Assembly: GCA_046538485.1 (NCBI GenBank)
Contig: JBKHIT010000001.1
Location: forward strand, 138,261 to 202,260
Direction of reading: 5' to 3'
DNA: 64,000 bases
From: Candidatus Brocadiia bacterium
GTDB lineage: Bacteria; Planctomycetota; Brocadiia; SM23-32
Positions within the stretch are counted from its first letter, which is position 1. The number at the start of each line of letters is the position of its first letter. A program made the position numbers and the translations under genes. The notes under the pieces were generated by a model that was not told the DNA's origin, ran no database searches, and saw only the letters and a program-made list of their open reading frames with translations. Shown one piece after another: positions 18,212 through 26,798 of the stretch.

Positions 18212-19660
18212 TCAGACCTCATAACAGGCTTCAACAAGGCGGCATACATCGCACGGTTTAGTCTCCCCTTCGGGAGCATTTGGCATGCCAAGAATCTCAG
18301 TTTCCTGAACGGGGTCTTCCTCCGGGTCGCTCGCGTGCGCGCGATTCTGAAGGACATTTTGTCCGTAAACTTCGCGGAGTTCCCGGAGACGCTGACGAAT
18401 CACTCTCAGAGCGTCAGGCCCCGAATAAAGAAGCGCCATACACTGGGTTTCGCGCTCCGGTTCGATCGGTTTCCCCGTCTCGACGTCGACCCCGGTCATA
18501 TACCGAATCAATTCGTCAAATTCCGCCTGCGCATTAAGCTCTTTCAACTCTTCGGCAATCTCATCAAAAAGCGAAGGATCCGGGTGGAAACTATTTGCTT
18601 TTTCCTCGAGCAAAGAGCACGCCCGGGCGAGAATATCCGCCTTTATCTGTCCGGGTTCCGGAACATCGTCCCGGGCAAAAAGCATCTCCGCAGAATGAGC
18701 CAGCCTGATGGCCTGAGCGGGAGTTGGCATTTGCTCAATGCCGTCAACCTCCGAGACAACCGTCTCTGAAAGTCGTCGGGCTTTCTCCATAATATCTTCG
18801 GCCTTCCCCCCGACCATAGCTTTTAGCTGCTCGCGAAACTGCGGCAATTTAGCTGCATAAAATCGACTGGCTTGCTCAACGGTCAGGCTTACCATCTTCG
18901 CTCCCGTGATGAACATCCCGGTCCGAGCGAAAAAATCGAGGAGGTTACCGGGAAGAGGATTGCGCCTTCGAAAACTCTCTGGTTTGAGAATTACCATCGA
19001 CGTCTCGACCTCTGGCTCATTGATGTGAGGCAATGCTCTCAAGACATACCCTCCGTCGCTATATGCGTTCCTGCTGAAAAGACGAAGGTGGGATTCTGTC
19101 ATCTCCGGCGTAACACCTGTGAGAACGGCCGGTTCAAAAAAACGGTGGTACTCAGGCTCATGCTCAACTTCCTGCAAAGCCGGATAACGCCGAAGTTCCT
19201 TTTCCGCTCTTTCCCGCGCCTTTTGGACGTAATCGGCCGACCAATCCTCCTGTATAAAATCTCCATAAGTGCCCCGAACATCATCCCCACGCACATCCTG
19301 TCCGATATGCCCCGCGGCTTCTTCGATTAAATGCTGGGCATTTTCTCCGCGAAAAATGACGAGTAACATCCGATTCGATATTCCCCGCGCATTGGGATAC
19401 CCGAAATTCTCAAGCACGTATCGAATAAGCAACTTCTGATAGCGAAGCGGCACACGTTTCTCTTCGGGATCATAAATCCCATCACAATATTGCCGAATGA
19501 AATCGCTGTCAGGCGCCGGCGCATACATACGGACCGCCGCTAATCTAACATTTGCCCACAGTAGCCGGGCCAGAATGCCCCCTGTTCTGCTCTTGTGAAG
19601 CGTGTATGGAGTCACCAACGCATAAGCTAACTCTTCACCCTTGAGACATTCTTCCGGCAT
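18212..19660 (-). CDS. Long two-domain nucleoside-diphosphate-kinase-like protein
   Basis: Second domain has SMVILKPES, LTVEQASRFY and QNRAHASD (catalytic His); first domain (AYALVTPY...VRGTYG) looks like a degenerate NDK. Confidence 0.7.
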   Translation of the reverse strand: MPEECLKGEELAYALVTPYTLHKSRTGGILARLLWANVRLAAVRMYAPAPDSDFIRQYCDGIYDPEEKRVPLRYQKLLIRYVLENFGYPNARGISNRMLLVIFRGENAQHLIEEAAGHIGQDVRGDDVRGTYGDFIQEDWSADYVQKARERAEKELRRYPALQEVEHEPEYHRFFEPAVLTGVTPEMTESHLRLFSRNAYSDGGYVLRALPHINEPEVETSMVILKPESFRRRNPLPGNLLDFFARTGMFITGAKMVSLTVEQASRFYAAKLPQFREQLKAMVGGKAEDIMEKARRLSETVVSEVDGIEQMPTPAQAIRLAHSAEMLFARDDVPEPGQIKADILARACSLLEEKANSFHPDPSLFDEIAEELKELNAQAEFDELIRYMTGVDVETGKPIEPERETQCMALLYSGPDALRVIRQRLRELREVYGQNVLQNRAHASDPEEDPVQETEILGMPNAPEGETKPCDVCRLVEACYEV

Positions 19661-19844
19661 ACCTCAAACCTCAAAACTCTCTTATGAAATTTAATTGGAA
19701 CGGATGGGCAATATACCACAAGCGACTGAAACGTCGCAAGGCTCTCATTCAAATGAGCGTCCGGCAACGCAGCAAATCTCGCTTAGCAATGCTTCGTCGC
19801 ATATTTGTGCAAGTCCGTCCCCTGTGCTCGGCCATGAGTACGTC

Positions 19845-19872
19845 TTGACAAGCATCCGACAAACCATAATAT
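19845..19872 (+). promoter_or_regulatory. sigma70-like promoter upstream of the esterase
   Basis: TTGACA-16 bp-TAATAT. Confidence 0.55.
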
Positions 19873-19953
19873 GTCCGTTTACAATGCACTACAGTTCCAC
19901 TATGCGCACTATCCAAAGTGCCGTGTGTCTGCGACTAATGAAAGGCCGCTCCA

Positions 19954-21471
19954 ATGCAAACCTTACATATAATTCTGTCCACCGTGATACTCCTCCTCAC
20001 CATCCCCATCGGCACCCTGCGTGCCAACGTAAAATTGCCGGCCGTCTTCTCCGAAGGAATGGTTCTCCAACGTGATCGAAAAATCCCTGTCTGGGGCTGG
20101 GCCGATGACGGAGAAAAAGTAAAAATCAGCATCTACAACCGGGGCACAAAACCTCTCATCCAAGCCCAAACCGTCGCCCGCAACGGACGTTTCCGGCTCA
20201 CACTCGACCCCCTGCCCGTCGGCGGCCCCTACACGATGTTGATGGAAGCCAAAAATCGATTCATCTTCACAGATATTCTGGTGGGAGAAGTCTGGATCAC
20301 ATGCGGCCAGTCCAATGCTATATGGCCGGTAAGCGAAACGGCATCCATCGAAGAGGCGCGCGCCAACCGAGATAAATACCCCGGCATCCGCCACATACAG
20401 CTCGGACACCGGAAATACCGACAAGCTGACAAGCCGTACGAGAAACTCGGCGCGTTCTGGGGCCGACCCAAATGGGAAGACTCCCGGTACTCTCTGATGC
20501 GCTCCAACAAAGATATCCCCGGATGCCAGAACGCCATCGGGTATTATTTCGCCCGGGAAGTCTACAAACACTTCGACGGCAAAGTTCCCGTCGGCACGAT
20601 CGATATTGGCGCCATCATCAGGGTCGAAAGCTGGGTGGCCGACCGTTTTGTCGCAAAAGATCCCGTGCTGGAAAAGATCCGGGGGAAACGCTACCCCCAC
20701 GAAACGTCCCGAGCCTACAACGCCAACATCGCACCTCTCTCCCCCTATCCGGTCCGCGGCGCCATTTATTACCAGGGCGAGATGAATGCCGGAAACGCAA
20801 AAGTCTACCGCCATGGACTCGAAATGCTTATAAAAAGTTGGCGGGCGGCCTGGGACGATCCCGACATGCCGTTTCTCATCGTGCAGCTCCCCGGATTCAT
20901 AAAGCACAAAGGCCCCAAACATAAATACGACATGGATGCGAAAAGCCTTGCCAGCTTCAAAGGAAACGACGCCAGCCACGGATTCGTAGGGATCCGACAG
21001 GCCCAGTTGCAGGTCTGGCAGAACACACCCCACACCGGTATGGCCGTCACGATCGACCTTGGGGAACCTTTCAACATTCACCCTCCCCGCAAACGCGAAG
21101 TGGCTGAACGGCTGTTCCTTCAGGCCCGAAAAGTGGCCTACGGAGATGAGGAGGTCCTGGCCAGCGGGCCGGTTCCCGCAAAGTTCCAGAAAATCAATAA
21201 CGGGTTCGCCATCGAATTCAAGAACATCGGACGCGGTCTGTCCGTTAAAGGCAAAAATCTGACGGGATTTGAACTCGCAGGGGAAAACGGCAATTTCACA
21301 GTCGCCGATGCCCGTATCGAAGGTGACCGGGTCATCGTCACCTCCGGGGAAATCCAACATCCGAGCGCTGTTCGCTACGCGTGGAAGGGGTATCCGCAGG
21401 TCAGCCTCTATAACAAAAAGGGCCTCCCAGCTACTCCGTTTCGCCACCTTCCAAAAGACCAGAACAAATAG
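19954..21471 (+). CDS. Secreted sialate O-acetylesterase-like (SASA/SGNH) carbohydrate esterase
   Basis: Signal peptide; FSEGMVLQRD, GEVW..CGQSN, YQGE, PFLIVQLP, IHP..K and VRYAW motifs. Confidence 0.88.
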   Translation: MQTLHIILSTVILLLTIPIGTLRANVKLPAVFSEGMVLQRDRKIPVWGWADDGEKVKISIYNRGTKPLIQAQTVARNGRFRLTLDPLPVGGPYTMLMEAKNRFIFTDILVGEVWITCGQSNAIWPVSETASIEEARANRDKYPGIRHIQLGHRKYRQADKPYEKLGAFWGRPKWEDSRYSLMRSNKDIPGCQNAIGYYFAREVYKHFDGKVPVGTIDIGAIIRVESWVADRFVAKDPVLEKIRGKRYPHETSRAYNANIAPLSPYPVRGAIYYQGEMNAGNAKVYRHGLEMLIKSWRAAWDDPDMPFLIVQLPGFIKHKGPKHKYDMDAKSLASFKGNDASHGFVGIRQAQLQVWQNTPHTGMAVTIDLGEPFNIHPPRKREVAERLFLQARKVAYGDEEVLASGPVPAKFQKINNGFAIEFKNIGRGLSVKGKNLTGFELAGENGNFTVADARIEGDRVIVTSGEIQHPSAVRYAWKGYPQVSLYNKKGLPATPFRHLPKDQNK

Positions 21472-21661
21472 CTCTTCAGAATTCTCAGCGTGGAGGACAG
21501 CTGACCGGTGTAAAGATAGAAACACACGGACGAAGCGGGAAAAAGGCCAGAAAACATAACGCAAAAGAACCGTGACTTTCGAAACCAACTGGTTATCGCT
21601 ATACTTCGTCAGCGTCTGACAACAGATACGACTTTATCGCGTCTACGGGAAGCCAAAAACC

Positions 21662-23104
21662 ATGAAATCTCTCCCGAATATCCTCTGGATCTGCACGGAC
21701 CAGCAGCGTGCGGACACGCTCGGATGCTACGGTAACTCTTTCGTCCACACGCCTAACCTCGATCGGCTCGCCAGCGAGGGGGCTCTGTTCGAAAACTGTT
21801 TCAGCCAGAGTCCAATCTGCACCCCGAGCCGCGCGAGTTTTCTGACGGGCCGCTACCCCCGAACAACCCGAGCCCGCCAGAACGGTCAGGATATCCCCGC
21901 CGATGAAATGCTCATCACAAAGTTGCTGGCCGATAACGGTTACACCTGCGGACTGGCCGGAAAACTGCATCTTTCTACCTGCGATCCCAGATTTTGTCCT
22001 GACATCGAACGACGTATTGATGATGGCTACAAAGTCTTCCATTGGTCCCACCATCCCAATCCCGATTGGCCAAAAAATGCTTACGCACAATGGCTCGCTG
22101 AAAACGATGTGAGCTACGAAACTCCTGCACTCGACGGCACCTGGCAGGTGCGGAAAGGTATGCCGGAACAATATCACCAGACCACCTGGTGCGCGGACAA
22201 AACGATTGAATTCATAACGGAACAGGCTCAGCAGGGTTCTCCCTGGCTGTTTTCGCTCAACTGTTTCGACCCGCACTTTCCCTTTGATCCCCCGGAAGAA
22301 TATCTTGAGCCCTACCTCGACGAGCTCGACGAAATCCCTCTCCCCGTCATCGAAGAAGGTGAACTCGAAAACAAACCCCGGTGGCAGAAACCGGAATTCC
22401 GGGACGATTATCACTACACAGGCCCGCATCATCCGGAAGATATGACATCGCGCCAGCATCGTCTCACGCGAGCCGCTTACTGGGCAATGGTGGATCTGAT
22501 CGACGCGCAGATCGGCCGCGTGCTGGAATCGCTCGACGCTACCGGACAGAGGGAAGAGACGCTTGTCATTTTCACCTCGGATCACGGCGAAATGCTCGGC
22601 GATCACGACCTTTATTTGAAAGGTCCCTACTTCTACGATCCCGCCGTTCGCGTGCCGCTGATTGTGAGCCGGCCCGGCCATATAAAACCCGGGCGGACGG
22701 ATACCCTCGTGGAACTGATGGATTTGGCACCGACGGTCCTGGAGGCCGCCGGACTCGATCAGCACGAAGGTATGCAGGCTAAATCGCTCTGGCCAGTTCT
22801 ACAAAACATTAATAAAAACCTCACGCATCGGGAAGACGTCTACTGCGAGTATTACTACGGGATGGGCTGCGAGGGGGACCCGCCCCCGTACGCCACCATG
22901 CTCCGCACTGAAACGCATAAATTGGTGGTCGCCCATGGGTTGGATCAGGGAGAACTCTACGACCTGGAGCAGAACCCCGAGGAATGCCGGAATCTGTGGG
23001 ACGATCGGGAACACAAAGAGTTTAAATTTGCCCTGATGAAACGTCTCTGCGATCGCATGGCATACACCGTAGACCCCTTGCCTCCGCGGCGGGGCCATTT
23101 CTGA
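21662..23104 (+). CDS. Cys-type (formylglycine-dependent) sulfatase, no signal peptide
   Basis: PNILWICTDQQR, CTPSRASFLTGRYP, GKLHL, DPH.P, SDHGE and KG motifs. Confidence 0.95.
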   Translation: MKSLPNILWICTDQQRADTLGCYGNSFVHTPNLDRLASEGALFENCFSQSPICTPSRASFLTGRYPRTTRARQNGQDIPADEMLITKLLADNGYTCGLAGKLHLSTCDPRFCPDIERRIDDGYKVFHWSHHPNPDWPKNAYAQWLAENDVSYETPALDGTWQVRKGMPEQYHQTTWCADKTIEFITEQAQQGSPWLFSLNCFDPHFPFDPPEEYLEPYLDELDEIPLPVIEEGELENKPRWQKPEFRDDYHYTGPHHPEDMTSRQHRLTRAAYWAMVDLIDAQIGRVLESLDATGQREETLVIFTSDHGEMLGDHDLYLKGPYFYDPAVRVPLIVSRPGHIKPGRTDTLVELMDLAPTVLEAAGLDQHEGMQAKSLWPVLQNINKNLTHREDVYCEYYYGMGCEGDPPPYATMLRTETHKLVVAHGLDQGELYDLEQNPEECRNLWDDREHKEFKFALMKRLCDRMAYTVDPLPPRRGHF

Positions 23105-23237
23105 AAGAGCTGCACTTTCACTCCGTGAATACCGGTTTAGCGTTTATCAAATTCCGCCATTGGAGTTCACATTTCATAGGCGTCCTACGGCGACTACACG
23201 TTTAGCGTGCGTTACACTCAGCCATTCAGGTTCACAT

Positions 23238-23341
23238 GTCATTGCGAGGCGTTCCGCGCAGCGGGACGCCGCGGCAATCTCGCTGTTGGGCCAACAAAAC
23301 GACGAGCTTGCTTCGCCCGTCTTACAATGGACTCGCAATGA
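23238..23341. repeat. Palindromic GTCATTGCGAG...CTCGCAATGA element (REP/MITE-like), complete copy
   Basis: Perfect 10-bp terminal IR TCATTGCGAG/CTCGCAATGA; inner IR GCAATCTCG/CGAGCTTGC; related half-copies at 37185 and 49694-49777. Confidence 0.8.
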
Positions 23342-23552
23342 GCTGTGGAGCGAAGTTTTCAGGCTAAACAGCCTGCCCGGGATTCAGGATCTCATCCACA
23401 ACAAGCCGTTCTCGCTCATAACGGTGGCTCAGTCTCGTTGACTGAAAATCCATCGCCCGTACAATGGAAAGAGACAAGAACTGATCGCACCTCCGGATTG
23501 GGCGCGGAGAGAGGACGACCAAACACAGAAAATTGAAATTCAAGGGTAAAAT

Positions 23553-26500
23553 ATGGAACTGAAACGTATCGTGCAGCTGCTTGTTTTGTTTGTGATCACA
23601 ATTTTAGGGCAGGTTCCGGCGGCAGAAAAGTATACACGTCTCTACAATGGGATAACGGCATTCGTCGCCAACCCCGATGGCATCGATTTTACTGTCTCCC
23701 TTTCCGTAAAAGACGTCAATCGGCACGGCGGTGCTCCCGATGAGCTGTTGGCCAAAATTTATGGGCCCGAGGGCAGACCTCTCGTCCGCAAATTCATCCC
23801 CGATGACGGAGTCAGCCAAGGCAACTTCGCCGCGCCCGCCGCCGGGTGGGATCATGAATCATGGTATTACGAAACATGCTATTCGAGAGGTTTACGGCCC
23901 GCGATGCGTTGGAGTGCAGTTTCAGAGCCCGAACGTCTGGAGCAACTGAAGAAAAGGAACGTTTCGTGGGATATCGAGGGGCGTGGGAAAGGCGTCTACC
24001 GTATTCTACTTGTGGGCAACCCCGATCTTCTTGTATCCCTGGATCTCGACCCGAATCTGCAATACGGACTCGCCGGGAGCCCGGAATGGATACATGGAAG
24101 CGGGAACGATTTCCGCCGCAGCTACTTCTACATTCCGAAAGGTGGGGCGGCCGTGCATGCCCTTTTCCTGCAGTTCGACCGTCCGCGCCAGCGCGCATTT
24201 GCGGTAAAGGACGATAACGGGGAAATCCTGATGGAAGGCAGAGCCGTCGATGGACTGCAACGGATGGTATACCGAGCTCCGCCTGGCGAAAGCCTCGACG
24301 ATAGAATTTTCTCCGTGGAGGTCTCGGAAGGTGCGGGGGATTTTCTGCTGAATATCACGATCCAAATGGAAGGCAAATCATTAAAAAAGGCCAAAAAGAT
24401 CCCGGATCTGACAACGGAAAATTTTGATCAATTTCAGCCCTGGCGGGGCCCTAAAGCATTGACAGCGGTTCTTTGTTCTGACAAAGAACTTGCCCGTTCC
24501 CTTAAAGGTGGAGCCATATACCACGACGACAAAGTTTTCTGGCAGATGTATCAGGTTCGGCTCTACGATATCCTCCAAAAAATGTCTCCGGACGATTTTG
24601 ACTACCCGAGCGATCTGCCGAAGCGCAAAGGCTATCATTCGGTTGGTTCGCATGAGCGTCCCCGTCGTGGCGTGCCCGGATGGGGCGATCGGGTAATGCA
24701 CAACTATCCGGCACACAAAAATCGCAAAGCTCTCAATTATGCCATACGCGACCTGTTTTTCGGGATGTGCCTCATCGGTCACGGCGACCATGTGGCAATC
24801 GGCCCGCTCGCCAACCTCGCCTACGAAATGGGATGCTATTCTTATTTCTTCCCCCGCCCGGCGTGGCGTATTCTCCGGCAGAGCAACGCCCCGGCTGACG
24901 TAAAAGCCTGCATCCGGGAATACGTAAACCAGATATGCGATCGCATGGCGTTCTGCCGGGGGATGGCACTTGTGAATGGTAACTCCCTGGCCAGTCTCGT
25001 CGAAAGCATGCGTTACTGCACGGAAGCGACCGACGACGTATTGAACCAGCGGCTTTTCGAGACGTATTTCGAGCGTTTTGAAACGGGCGGCCTTGGAGAA
25101 CGCATCGGTATCGGGCCATCGGGCGGACTTCAGGAATCGTTTGGTTATGATTTTCATTACGGTAGCTACGTGCTGCGCGGATGGAACGCCGTGCGGCACG
25201 ATCTAAAAGCTCCGAGATTCGAACGGGTCTATGACCGCATGATGAAATTCTACAGCTACGTCTGGACCCCCGTCGGTTATGCGATATGGAGTTCCCGTAC
25301 CGGGATCGGAAAAGTCGCGGGAGGCACCTACAATTCGTGGCACAAAAACCCCGATTATCGCTGGAAAGGCTACGGGGGACCGAACCTGACAGTTGGTGTC
25401 AATGGTGCGAATGAATTTTTTGCGGCCCGCCGACAAAACTACTACTGCCTGACTTATCACGGACGCCTCACACCAACTTGGATGGGCGAGGGTTTTCGCG
25501 GACAAATAGGTTTTGGAGGCGGTGCAATTTGCCAGCTTTTCGTCCCGGGAAAAGGCAATGGAATGGTCATAACATCAACGGTCAATGGCTCCTATGGCAA
25601 AGGCATGCACCTTTCACAATGGCGTAACTTTCACATTCACAGCGTTGTCGGAACGACCATCGATGGACAGCCTCTCGTAACAGCCAACAGTGAACATTTC
25701 AATGCCCGCCTGGAAGACAATACCGTTACAAGTTCCAGTGAAGTGCGTCAATCTTCCGTTCGGATTAAACGCAGCTATACTTTTGAGCCGAACTCCATCG
25801 TTTGCAATCTGCAGCTCGCGCCTTCCGCCGCAGACAAATCCTATGCGCTCTGGGCCGGACCGGCAAAATTCCGCCGTGAGGTGAATGAAGCCTACGAGAT
25901 GATTCCCTACGCCGATGTCCGGCGGAACAGGCGAACCGGCAAAAAAGGCAAAGGGGCAGCCCGTCTGGTCGCCGTCGATGCCGCGGGCGGTGAAATTGCC
26001 GATCTCACCGATGAACCAACACTTGCACAGGGCTTCTTAATCGACCGGCATGGATACGGCGCGCGTATTGAGCTCGAAAAGCGCACGCCTCTGCTGCTGG
26101 GGAAAAACGACACGGTTCTCATCCAGCTCGCTGACCAACGCACCCACGCGGACGAAATCGAACTCACCTACCGAATCGTTCCGTTCAGCGGTCAGCCCCC
26201 TGCAGGACCGTTCGGGAGCAAAGGCCAAGTACCGAAAAACCTGTCCCTGGAGACGAAAACGGTCCGAAAAGCCTCGGAACTCAAAAAAGCTCTGGCCGAA
26301 TTGGAGCCATTCACAATCAAAAGCAGTAAGGGAAAAAAACTGGCCCGGCTGCGCGTGGCACGGAGCGGGGAAAATCTGGCACTTTCCGCGACCGTCTCTG
26401 ATAGCAAAATTGCGCCTCACAAAACGGTCTGGAAGGGCTCGTGCCTGGAAATATTTGCCTCGATGCCCGGCACCGCGCAGATTGGACAGGTCTTCCTGGC

Positions 26501-26798
26501 ACCCGCTGCCGGCGAAACCCCCGCCAGAGCCTACCGCGCAGGGGAAAAAATTGCGCCGGAACCGGCGATTAAGCTGACGACTCAGCCAGAGGAAGGCGGT
26601 TATGATATGCAAGCACTGGTCCCCTTCTCTGCGCTGAAGGTGGATCCCTCCCGGGCAAAAATTATGCTTGAATTCCAGGTCACTTCCGTTGGCGGACCCG
26701 GCGGGAAACTGACAAGAGGCACGCTTTTTGACAGCATCCATGCTTACGAAAACAACCAGCGCTACGGCCTGTTCATTCTCAATCCGGAGGCCGAATAA
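23553..26798 (+). CDS. Large secreted hypothetical protein with a C-terminal CBM9/DOMON-like module
   Basis: 1081 aa; signal peptide; C-terminal HKTVWKGSCLE...IGQVFLAP module shared with the 29347 protein. Confidence 0.75.
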   Translation: MELKRIVQLLVLFVITILGQVPAAEKYTRLYNGITAFVANPDGIDFTVSLSVKDVNRHGGAPDELLAKIYGPEGRPLVRKFIPDDGVSQGNFAAPAAGWDHESWYYETCYSRGLRPAMRWSAVSEPERLEQLKKRNVSWDIEGRGKGVYRILLVGNPDLLVSLDLDPNLQYGLAGSPEWIHGSGNDFRRSYFYIPKGGAAVHALFLQFDRPRQRAFAVKDDNGEILMEGRAVDGLQRMVYRAPPGESLDDRIFSVEVSEGAGDFLLNITIQMEGKSLKKAKKIPDLTTENFDQFQPWRGPKALTAVLCSDKELARSLKGGAIYHDDKVFWQMYQVRLYDILQKMSPDDFDYPSDLPKRKGYHSVGSHERPRRGVPGWGDRVMHNYPAHKNRKALNYAIRDLFFGMCLIGHGDHVAIGPLANLAYEMGCYSYFFPRPAWRILRQSNAPADVKACIREYVNQICDRMAFCRGMALVNGNSLASLVESMRYCTEATDDVLNQRLFETYFERFETGGLGERIGIGPSGGLQESFGYDFHYGSYVLRGWNAVRHDLKAPRFERVYDRMMKFYSYVWTPVGYAIWSSRTGIGKVAGGTYNSWHKNPDYRWKGYGGPNLTVGVNGANEFFAARRQNYYCLTYHGRLTPTWMGEGFRGQIGFGGGAICQLFVPGKGNGMVITSTVNGSYGKGMHLSQWRNFHIHSVVGTTIDGQPLVTANSEHFNARLEDNTVTSSSEVRQSSVRIKRSYTFEPNSIVCNLQLAPSAADKSYALWAGPAKFRREVNEAYEMIPYADVRRNRRTGKKGKGAARLVAVDAAGGEIADLTDEPTLAQGFLIDRHGYGARIELEKRTPLLLGKNDTVLIQLADQRTHADEIELTYRIVPFSGQPPAGPFGSKGQVPKNLSLETKTVRKASELKKALAELEPFTIKSSKGKKLARLRVARSGENLALSATVSDSKIAPHKTVWKGSCLEIFASMPGTAQIGQVFLAPAAGETPARAYRAGEKIAPEPAIKLTTQPEEGGYDMQALVPFSALKVDPSRAKIMLEFQVTSVGGPGGKLTRGTLFDSIHAYENNQRYGLFILNPEAE

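Noticed and set aside
19963..21588. Long antisense ORFs (541 aa here; also 5718..6809, 21599..22765, 27053..28489, 46322..47353, 56626..58233)
   Set aside because: They mirror well-supported genes on the opposite strand and show no recognisable motifs. They are shadows expected from codon bias.
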